A stretch of DNA of 63,733 nt, the filler included, from Sluysia triapertura (taxonomy: Eukaryota), in NCBI GenBank assembly GCA_046118255.1. It is 5 parts of 5 records of this genome, joined end to end, with 100 filler letters (N's around TTAATTAATTAA, not from the genome) between each part and the next. Parts side by side here need not be neighbours in the genome. Positions count along the whole stretch, not along the records: positions 10,865 to 26,768 come from JBJNIA010215475.1; 4 more parts are not named here. One strand, written 5' to 3'. Below, piece by piece: positions 12,281-24,200 of this stretch (positions within the stretch are counted from its first letter, which is position 1; the number at the start of each line of letters is the position of its first letter). The notes beneath the pieces were generated by a model. It was not told where the DNA came from. It did not search any database and saw only the letters and a list, made by a program, of their open reading frames with translations. A program made the translations under genes and the position numbers.

Positions 12281-15200
12281 GTAAGTAAATTTATTCTATT
12301 ATAATCATGCATTTTTGTGGATTATATCTTTACATGAATTTACTTTTAGACAGATCAAAAGTTCCGAAGCCATCTTTAGTAAGGGGTCAGTCTGTGAAGA
12401 AAAAATCAAAATTATGTAGTTCTGTACCAAATATATTTTTTAATTGTTCGGATAATTCCAATGATAACGAAAAAGCAACGAATCAATGGACAAATAAATC
12501 TGTTATCGATGTTCTAGCATTGCAAGATGCTTTCCAAAAAAATTATGATTTAATTTTTGTTGATAAACATAAGCGTAGTTTATCTATACCTTCATTAAGC
12601 AGAGAATTGGATGATTCTACAAAAATAGTGTATGAAGCTGATGAAACAAAAAAATCAGATGTATCTGACAGAACTGGTTAGTTAATGGTGTTGTAAAGTT
12701 AAATATTAGTTTTGGTTCAGTCTTGACAAATTTTTTAATTGATAAAATATTAAATTAACTTTTGAATAATATTAAAAACTATTTTGAGTAAAATCAATTT
12801 AAAAATAATGAAAGTACAATAATGTTTCTGATAACAATTTTTATCAAATACTAATACAATAATTTAATACGATAATATAATTTGACTCATTAATTAAATT
12901 TTATTTAGATAAGCCTTCCGACATTGAAAAATTAACGGAAATAAAAAGTAGTGAAGAGAATTCAGAGCACAGTCAAGAAACAAATATATACATTGATAAT
13001 AAAATTGAAATCATAAATGAGGAGAAAAAACTAGAACTAAAACAAGATTATATTGAAGGAGCTATCATAGAACCCATTTCTCCCTCTATATCTAACAAAG
13101 AAATAACAGTGATAAATAAAAATACTGATAAAGAAAATATAAATAAAGAATTGCCGAATCAACACGAATCCGTTTGTGAATCAGTGAACTTAAAAATTAA
13201 TAAAGGCAAAAGAGGACGAAAGAAAAAAGTGCTCAAGAAAAAAGGTCGACCCACATTACAAAAAGAAGTAAATACAAGTGAAGATGTAGTCGAGTCAAAA
13301 ATTAAATCATGCAGTACGAATATGAGTAAACATCCAGAAGTAGATGAACATGTAGAAATTTTAGAAATAAAGCAGAATGATTCGAACATGGATGATCAAA
13401 ATTTATCTATTGTAGAAACTGAGCCTATGGAATGTGGATCTGTAAAAGAATCAACACAAGAAATCGCTGAACAAGTTTTAGATGATGGAATTGCATCAAT
13501 AGAAAAATGTGTTGCTAAAACACTTAAATATGAAGATTCTGATTTAACTGAAAAAAATACGATACTAATTCAGATAGACAAACCAAAAACTAAACGACGA
13601 GGTCGTAAACCAAAGAAAAAAGATAAAGTTTCTGATTTACATGAAGAAGGAGAAGCAAAATTAAGCGCAGAGGATGTAAAGGTGAATGTGGAAGAAAAGG
13701 AACATATTAATGAAGAAGAAAGAACACAAATTAATGTGGAAGAAAAAGCACGAATAAATGTCGATGAAGAAGAAACAAAATTAAATATAGAACAAGAATT
13801 AAATGAAGAAAAAGAAATAAAAATAAATGTAGAACATGAATCACAATTAAATGAAGAAAAAGAAACGAAATTAAATATAGAACAAGAATCGCAATTAAAT
13901 GAAGAAGAAGAAGAAATTAAATTAAACATTGATAATATTGAAGTAATAAATAAAGAAGAAACAAAATTAAACATAGATCAACTTGAGGTAAAAAGTAAAG
14001 AAGAAATAAAAGAAAAAAATGATTATGAAATTGTCACAAAAGAAGTATTATCTGATCAATCTGTCTATAAATCTATTGAAGAAAAAACACTAGTAGTAGA
14101 TAATTTGGAAATCATTATTTTAGAAGAACCTAAAGAATCTTTAGATAATTCGAAATCAGATGAATCAAATTTGTGTAATGAAATAGGTATTGAATTAGAA
14201 CAAAGTCAAGAAGTTGAAGAAAATAAAAAACAGATAACTTCACCAATTTTAATTGATATAAAAGAACAATCCAATGATTTAGAAATATTATCAAATTCTA
14301 TCGGTACCAGTGTTGACACTAGTATGCTACCCCCAAGAAAACGATATAAGCGGTTTATGTATCTGGAAAAGGCACAAAATTCACCAAAAGGAGTACCGAC
14401 AACAGCTTTAAATACTAATATAAATCCATCTTTGGCAGAAAATGAAGAGAAGACAGTACATGATGATAATCAAAAAAGTTCTGAAGTTGAAACAAATAAA
14501 GAAGCTATTGATTCAAATAAAATAATTCCAGGTATATTTTTATTTGAAAATTTAAATAGAAATAATCTTTTGTGACTTGCAAATATAAGTTTGTTGTTTG
14601 TAATTAAGCATATTTTTAAAAATACTGTTTCTTTAGTATTTTTGCTGTCATGATTACTTAAAACGAAAATTAACTCACTTGAATTTGAACTGTAACAATT
14701 TATATAACAGTGGATAAATTCCTAATGAAACTAGACAAGACACGATTATAAAGGACATAAAAATCAGTTATAGATGCTAATACTTCAGATAAACTATTTT
14801 AAAAATTTTGTACTTATAAACAGGATTTTACATATTTTAATGTAAAATGAACTTTTACAATCGTTCTAGTAAATAGTTCCTGTTTTATATAATTTATTTA
14901 CCTGCTACGTTTAGTCTTTCGCATTTAGTCATACATGTTTTATAGTTTGCATCAATATTAATATTAATATTTAATGCTTTTGTATCATTATTAATTTCAA
15001 ACTTTTTTGTTAATTACTAATTAAACTTTTATGGAATTCGCGATGCGCATGAAAAACGGAAAAGGTTTAATTTTATTTTAATTTTAGGTTTATTATACTG
15101 GTCTTTTTATGCTTTGTTTCATGAATGATACATTCAAAGCGCTTTTGAGTACTTGTAGTAGGTGTTAGTGCTATGTTACTTATTTCGGTCAACGGTAAGA

Positions 15201-18200
15201 TTAAGACTGTAAGAAACAAATGTATTAGAATTAATATAAGGTCATTATTAAAAATAGCGGATGATCATTTTTTTCGGAACGAGTTTTAAATCTAACCAAG
15301 AGGTTTTTTCGTATGTAGGATTAATATTAGGTTGATTGGATTCGAAATAATATCAGTTTAATTTTAGTTGATCGAGTTTTTGTCATTCACAAAGATGTCG
15401 ATACTTAATCATTTCTTTTAAGTGATATATGGAAAAAATGCTTTAAAATTTTTAATTCGTTAAGCCTTATTAATGAAATAAAAATAATTCCCGCGAGTTT
15501 CTTCTGTACTAAAAAGGTGCAATATGGAAAGTTAAAGAAAATTATCAATTTATTGAATCTAGAATTGATGAATAAATTTTTTGAACATATTAAAAATATT
15601 TTCCAATAATTACCGAAGCGCATAAATTATTCATGAAAAAATAATTCCCTGCGGTAATAGAAATTCTAGAGTAATTTATCAATTACAACCATAAATGTAA
15701 TAGTTATGTTTATTAAATTTGTTTCATTGACAAATATAAAATGTAAAGAAATTTTCGAAAAAACCCGCTTGCAGCAACATAACTATTACATTTTACGAAA
15801 CTATGTTTCAAACATTTGAATCCTTTTCTTTAAATCATTGTGTACAAATGACAGTAATGTATTGATATATTTGATTCTTATTTTTTGAAACTTATTAGAT
15901 TTAGATTTTTATATTTCATGAATTATGATCTAACGCAAGAGGAAACAGTAAACCATTTTTGATGATAAACTTGAAAGCTTGATGTAAAATTTTTCAATCA
16001 CAATGTTTTTTATTTTTTATTTTTTTAAACTGAATATAAATTATAAATTTATTTTGCTCTTTTTATTTTTAGCAATTTTAAATTTTCAGTTATTTTTATT
16101 TGATATTGCAAATAAATTTGTTAATATGTCTTCGTCTTTATAACAGAATATTTTATAAATTTTTTATTTGTAACTTAAAATTTTAATGTCATGTCATTTG
16201 TTAACATCTAATTAACTGTAGCGTAAATTAAGTGTTTGTAGAATATTTAATTTTATAATTTTTAAAATTTGTAATTTCTGTTATTTTCACATTAAACTAA
16301 GTTTTTATTACGGAGTTGTATATAATTAGAGTTTTGTTTTAAAAACCTGAATTTGTTTAGACTTATGATTTTTTTATCCAATTCAGAATCAAGTTTATCG
16401 AATGTGAAAACCAAAAAGAAAATTTCTAACATTAAATTGAAAAACACGCGAAGTAATACTCGAAATGTTCGTGCTGTTATATCGAAACCAGAACCTATAA
16501 AAAACCCAGAACCGAAAGAATCCGTTATAAACGATAAAGCAAAATCAAATCGAAATGTTAAGTCAAAAACAGAATCGATTACAGAACCAGAAAAAGAATA
16601 TTTAGATGACATTTCAAAATTATCTACGTCATTAAAAAGATCTAAGCGAGAAGCAGCGTCTCGTGGTTTTGCGTCAATGGTTGCTATGTCTCTTAATAAT
16701 AATAGTAGTAATCAAATACAAGATAATATTTCAGAAGCAAGTTCGAAGAAGACAAATGCGTCAACAAAACCGGAAATTGAGAGTTGCTCTTCATCAATTG
16801 TGAATGTAGAATCTAATAATTCTATTAGGGATAATTCAAAGGAATCATCAAAAGTTAACATTAACAAAAAAGACAAGAAATACAAAGAATTAATTATAAA
16901 TGCTTCTAAAGAAAGGACTATACCACGTAATACTAAATCGCTGTCAACAAATCAAAACGATACTTGTATTTCTACTCAAAAAAAGGCACAAAAAATGCCT
17001 AATAAAAAAGATAAAGCTGTTTCTGAAATTCCGATTGTTAATACAAACGAATCTCTTAACACAAATGCTAGTAGTAATACATTAAAATATAGAAAAATTC
17101 GTACCAATACTTATGTAGATACCAAACCAACCTTTTGGTTTGAAGAAGTAGAAAAATGTGCTTGCAAACCTTCAAAATTTCGAAAATTATATGAAGAAAT
17201 TCCGAATAATAAAAATATATCAAATTCAAAAACCAAAAAGAAGTCGAAAAATGAAAAGTCAAACAAACAATTAAAAAGTCAAATTGTTTGGGATTGTAGT
17301 GAAAATTGTTTGAATCGTCTCACTTATACTGAATGTCAACAAAAAACATGTGCATGTGGAGAAGATTGTAAAAATCAAAAAATTCGTAAGGGAGAATGGA
17401 TTCAGAGTTTGAAGTTGGTTGATATACCTGGAAAGGGTAGAGGTATTATTACAACAGAACCAATATCAGAGGGTACATTCATTGTTGAATATGTTGGTGA
17501 AGTAGTAACAGAATCAACTTTCCAAGAACGTATGACTTCTCAGTATAGTCAAGATGCACATCATTTCTGTTTGCATCTAGATGGTGATATGTTAATTGAT
17601 GCGTATCGGTGTGGGTCGTTGGCAAGATTTATTAATCATAATTGTGCACCAAATTGTGAAATGCAGAAGTGGCTTGTTAACGGTGCCTATCGTATGTGCG
17701 TATTTGCTATTGATGATATTCCTGCAAATACAGAATTAAGCTACGACTACAATTTTTGTAGTTACAACAATGAAAATGCTCAGGTGTGTTTATGCGGGTC
17801 AGCTAATTGCCGAGGTTATATCGGTAGTAAGCCCTCTTCAATTAAATCAGAAAGTCAACGGGATCGTTTAAGATTGTATTATATTTTTGGTAGACGCTTA
17901 AATGTTAGAGAAAAATTATTTGTTACTCGTCATGGAATATTTTTACATCGTAATCGAGAATCTGGTCGATGTCAACGTTTAGGTATTAAAAACACAAGAT
18001 CTTATCGCGGGGCTAACAAATTGCCATCTGCAATTTCGGAAATTAAACGACGGAAAGATAAAAAGAATCAATTTCTTACTCAAATGTCAGCTCTTAATTC
18101 CATAAGGTCAATTCGAACTCGACAATTACATAGTGCACAGGATAATGAATTTCTTACACGACTAGCTCAGTTAGGTCAAGTTTTAAAAGATTTATACAAT

Positions 18201-21200
18201 TCACTTCTTCAATTAACCGACCCTTCAAACCCAAAACAACAGTTACTGGCACCATTTATTAAACCACTTTCTCGAAAACGATATCCAGAGTTTTATCGAA
18301 TGATTACGAGTATGGGTGCTGGGAATGATAGTTTGAGTGGAACAAATGGTCTTCCGATAACTAGTTTCAGTCATATTTGTGAAAAATTACAAGAAGGACA
18401 ATATGAATCTATGTTTGAGTTTGATAAAGATGTCTTGACGATTTTATACAACATTGAAATGTATGCTGGAAGACAAAGTAGTGTAGGTAAAAGTGTCGAA
18501 AAAATAAAAGCTGCATACAAAGAACTAAAAATAAATTCTATTGCTCTTTATGAAGTATCAACTGACATAATTATTGATGAAAAAGATAAAAACAGATTAA
18601 CCAGTAATAATTTATATCAAGTTAGTTTCTTATTATAATTATAAACTTTAAACAATCTTAAAAATATTACTGTTAAATTAGTGAAGAGCCATATTATACT
18701 ACATAATGAAGCATAAATGATTAGTACAATCTAAAAAATCACAATTCTTTTATCTAATTAACATTCAGATAATTTTGCAAATGAATAAATATTTTCTAAT
18801 TAATCTATAAAAGGTTAAATATTAAATTAATTTTAAGGTAATTTTTATTAACTCACCTTTCTAATTTGCGAATTTGGATAAGCATACGAAATGACAATTT
18901 ATACAAATGGTAACACTGATTTATCTTTATAAATTGAAATTTTCAAGGATTGGCTTCAACTACAAACAATGAATCCGATTCGAAAAATTTTAATCAATGG
19001 AGACCAAATCATGAATATAGTTTAATTTATATAAACGTTAAACCTTCATACGAAAAGAATCAATCAACATTTCATAATTTCAGTCTTATGGCGTTGGAAA
19101 TCCTGACTTCGACTTTATATTTGGTAGAATATTAAAAGGTCTCCCACTTAATTCTCTCATTGGTATCGTTGCTTTTTTTCGAATTTTCACAAATTCATGA
19201 GTTACCCTTTATTAAATCAATAAAAGGCCAATCGTGACTTATCAGTAATAGGTATTATTTCGGGTGAAGTTGAAATTACACTTGCATTTCTGCTAATAAA
19301 ATCTGTATTATTACTTGCATTATCGGATTAGACACTTTGTGCATTACACAAAATTAATTCAGTGTATAAGTATATAACTGTATTAAATTGTTATTATATA
19401 AATATAAATTGTTAAAGTTTTGACTCTTGTTCAGCTGGGTAATTGGCATTGATATTATGAGTTGTAAAAAATTTAAAATCACAAATATAAATTAAAACTG
19501 CTAAATATAAAATAATGATTTGTCTAACAGACTATTGCTCGAAATAATTTTCCTGTGGTCATCAATGCCATCACACATGCTTATCTAGTATTTTCAACAA
19601 AGACTGATTTATATAAACGATTACATAAATTTAAATTTTATTAACAGTTCCAACACTTTTAAATTCCAATTGATAAAAATTCGTATAAACTTATCCTTTC
19701 CCCTGACAGTCCCCTCATGCCTACTTCTTCGCACTGAAACATGAGAAGACTGGGACAAATTTTTTTATAAATCCTTTGGCATGTACGTACAAAGCGTTTA
19801 ATTTGAGACCTAATTTAACACTTCCGTTTCTAAATTCAAAAACGAGTTCAGAACTAATCTCAATGTTGCGGAGATAAGACATTGGTATAATTTTACAAAG
19901 AAAAAGTTAACATTTTTTTAAAGCTAACTTTTGTCGAGTGATTGATTAATTTGCAGTTGAAATGAGATAATTTTGCATAACATGATAAAGTTAAAACTTT
20001 AAAATGAAGTGATGAATAACAAATATTTTGGTAAAAAATTGATTTTAAGTATTATATATTAAGGTATGTTTATCTGTTGCTGTTCAAAAAGGTGCAAATG
20101 ATACCACTAATGGCAATGTAGTTTCATCTGCATCTGATTCGAACACCAAAACTAAACGTAAATCTGTTGGTAATTCCACAGTTTCTGACTTTCAGTCTTC
20201 AATAATGTCTTTTCAATCGGCAACTGTACTAGCCGAGTCTGCTTTGGGTTCTTTTCCTCGTAATCGTTTAGAGCGTGGTTCAGAAGTAATTAAATGTGTG
20301 TGTGGATTTCTGGTAGAAGCTAATCATGTAATGATTCAATGCGATCAGTGTTTCGTATGGCAACATGCTGCTTGTATGAATGTTGCACGTGGAAGCTGCG
20401 ATGTGGCTCGTATGGAACCATATTATTGCCATGTGTGTTTAACTATTCCACAAGAACAATTAGAATGGGAAATTCCGAGAAGTTACATTATTTTAACAAA
20501 TGAAGAGCAACAGAAACATGAAGATGAAACACTTTTTTGGACTTTGTGGGCTGACAAGGAACATAAAGTAAGTTATATTATAAAACATGTTTAATTTTAA
20601 CTCTGAAAAATAAAATTTCGATTCCAGTAAATCATATTTTACATTGATATTAGAAAACCTTTTTAGAACCGTTTGTAAATACAAAATATAATTATATTTT
20701 TATAGTTAGAAGTTTGTAATGTAATGATTTCAATGATTCTTTATCATATATTCGTGTTAATGAATTTATTAGTTGGTTATTCATTGGCATTTATACTATA
20801 TATTTTAAAAAATATGCAATAAAAACGTCAAATTGCACAGAAACAATAGCTAATATTACCAAATACGGATACAATCAACAAAATAGACCTATATATGCCA
20901 ACAAAACTAAAATAATAAACCCCACATTTAAAATATAAAACAAGGTAAAATCCTTTTTTTTTGTTGAATAATCATTATACATCTTCATCAGATTTGTCAG
21001 CCGATGAAACTAAATCAAGTGTGTAATGTTTTTGTTAGTACTCATCTGATTCGATTTGTATTGCGAAAATATCTGAATACAAACTAGTTACCATGGAGAA
21101 ATGTGATTTCTGCGCAAAGAGAAACTATTCCACAACAAAAATAACAGAATAATATAAAGAAATATACAAAAATAAGAACAATACAAAGGAATGTCTTTAT

Positions 21201-24200
21201 TATAAATTCAGATAGAATGGCGAATCAAATTTTTTGCCAAAATTTGCCATTTTCGCATATGAAAATCTCTCTGGATGTAGAAAAACTGTATAATAAAAGT
21301 TATAATAGTAAAGTGTCACAAAAGAAACGAGGTATCTTCAATGATTCCAAATAATCTCTCGAAATATTAGATCAATGAAATATCATCCAATTATGCATAG
21401 CATAATTAAATGAATTTAATTGGACACCTTTCCATGTTGGTCTACTAGAATATAAAATAGCAGATAAACATGCAGAATAATCCACAATAACAATAATATT
21501 AATATTATCATTACGTAAATACAAAACACAAACAATTACTTATTCCTAAAAAGATTAAAAACTCAGTATTGACAATACATGAAACATTTCAAGAAAATAA
21601 AATTATCCACTCACGCAACTGAAAACAAAGCATACGAAAAATATGAAAATAGATACAAATGAAAACGCATAATATTGTGATTTGTGCCAAATAAAAATCT
21701 TCAAACATTTGAAAAGTACATTTTCCTCCAAAGATGTACCAAAAAAATCCCTAAAAATTTATTATTGAAAGACTCAAAATTCATATTAAAATCTATAATA
21801 CTATAATTCTGATCTAAATGGTAGGTTTACTGTGGTGAGGTTTGACTAAGATCTATATTTAAATGCTGAAATGTTTTTTCGGGGAAGTATTTTTCATTTA
21901 CACTGAATAACAATGAAATTTTTATTAAAACTTATATTCTTTACAAATTTATGCTATTGATAATCTTTTAGTATATCTTTCACGATTTGATATAATATTA
22001 TTTATAAATAGGGATAATGTCGTTGGTAGCAGTAGAATATGAAGCTCAAAAAAGTGTTTTCGGAGGACGCAATCGTATCACTAGTCGCACTTATATAAAC
22101 ATTGTAAAAGTTCGAAGGTGATAAGCAATAAATAAGAATCGCCTTAAAAGTTTTTGGCCATATAGAAATACTATTTGTTTTAGATTTCGGAAAACGTGAA
22201 ATTATTATTTTTGTCGTGCGAAAGTAAGGACATAAAGCTATTAGTGCCAGAAGCTTCCTGTTATTTATTGCTTAGTAAATGATAAGTAGTATTAGAGAAT
22301 ACTGGTTATATCAGGCTATAGTAAGATACGGAATACGTTGGGACAATGAAGTTGCAATAGTGGCAGATAGTTTTGAAGTAGAGCTGATATTATAAAGACT
22401 ATGCTTTGTATGTACGAAGAATTATTTCAATTAAGTTATGAACAAGGTTCCATTAAAGTTTGACGTTTTTTGTTAGAAGCTATAAACTAATAGGAAGCTT
22501 GACTTTAAATGGATGCCCAATTCGGTTTGGTAAAAATATTGAAGAATCATGTATCAATGCTAAAACTTCATTCGTATGTCTCATTCCTCTTGTAGCTCGT
22601 ATAGGTTATATGCGATCTAATAAAGAAAAAAAATAAAATTTAAATTCACAACGTATATTCACAAATCCTAATTTTACAAATTAATATGGATATGAAAATT
22701 TAAAATACGTTTGCATTGTTTTGTTGCTTTTACTGTATGAAAATAAAAATATTCCTTAATAAATTCATGCAACAGAATAATGACCACTAAACCTTAGAGG
22801 CAATGATTACGTTGCGGATGTCGCGGTTTATTTGACTAAAGTTTCATGTTCTAAATATTCTGTCAGATCAGTCGTGACTCCGCGATGTTAAAATATGTTC
22901 TTGAAAAAGTATGTTTTGATAACATATTTATTGTTGATTTTATTTTAGACTCTGGTAAAAATAGATGACTTCGTTTTAGTAAAAAATGAAAACGACAATT
23001 TATATACTGTTATGAGAATTTACAGTTTATGGAAAGATGCTGATGGAAACCGTTGGATGGAAGGTGGTTTATTTATGCGACCTTATGATAATCGTTTGGG
23101 ACTTTCCATGAAACCTGCCTTAAATTCTAAACCAAATAATAGTGGAAGTAGCAGCAGAACTCGAGGTTCAAATGTCAGTACTTCAAAACAACCAACAATA
23201 TTCCATAAACAAGAATTGATATATACAGAGTTGAGTGAAACGTTGCGACTTGATTCGCCAAGATTACAAAATGATAATGGACCTTGTTTATGTTACGTGC
23301 TTAATCCACATACATATAAATCAGGTCGACCTATTAGTAATGCTGATCTTCATTATGTGTTTGTTTGTGATTGGATGAAAGTTGGTACTATAAATGAATC
23401 TGAATCAAATGAATGGACTGAATTAGATCCAAACTATCTCAAAATAAATACTAAACCATACTGTTTTGAAAAATTCGATAAGGACCAAGATCATGATGCT
23501 AAATTTGAAAAGATTTATTCTGCTAATGATTTATTAAATTTAGATCGAGGTGATATGAGCGATCAAGAATTACTGGAAAAGAAAGGTTTATTGTCGAAGT
23601 CATCCTTATCACCAAATGTACCAGACAAAGTAATTAATTAAAATTTAGAAGTATTTGTTTTAGGTGTCTTACTAAATATTAAACATATTTGTTAAACACA
23701 TTTGCAGTTTTATAGATACTGCCTAACATTTTATATTTATATACTTTTAATCTTTTTGTAAAACCGTAATGAATTAAATTTGACAAAAATTTAAAACATA
23801 AATTACTATTAAATTACTTATCAGTACTCTTGTTTTCCTTGATGTTTCCTTTTAAACATTTCCAGTGACGTTTAGCTATCAGAATTAGGTGGCCAATTGA
23901 TTGACTCCTCTGGTCTCAAAAATTTAATTTTTAATCTGACCATATATATAAAATAAAAATTAATATGCCACATGTTTATAATATTTTTTATTTAGCGTGA
24001 ATATCAAATAAAATTTATGGAAAAATTGCTTGCTAAGCTTCATGAATTTGCTCGTGATAGAAATCAAAAGCTACCTTCAAGTGCTACTTCTAGTAATGCT
24101 AGTCCAGTTTCTCATACAAGTGGTTGCTCATCTAGTTGTGCTTCTAGTCCAATTTTAGAAGAAGCTGGTACTACTATTAATGTAACAACAAATGAATCAT

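Noticed and set aside
13159-13974. Minus-strand ORFs 13159..13389 and 13570..13974 (also 16292..16612 and 24364..24708)
   Set aside because: Antisense shadows of ASH1L exons with S/F-rich composition.
23850-23915. INWPPNS on the minus strand resembling the Tc1 WPxxSPDL motif
   Set aside because: The PDLNPIE continuation is absent and the match is too short.
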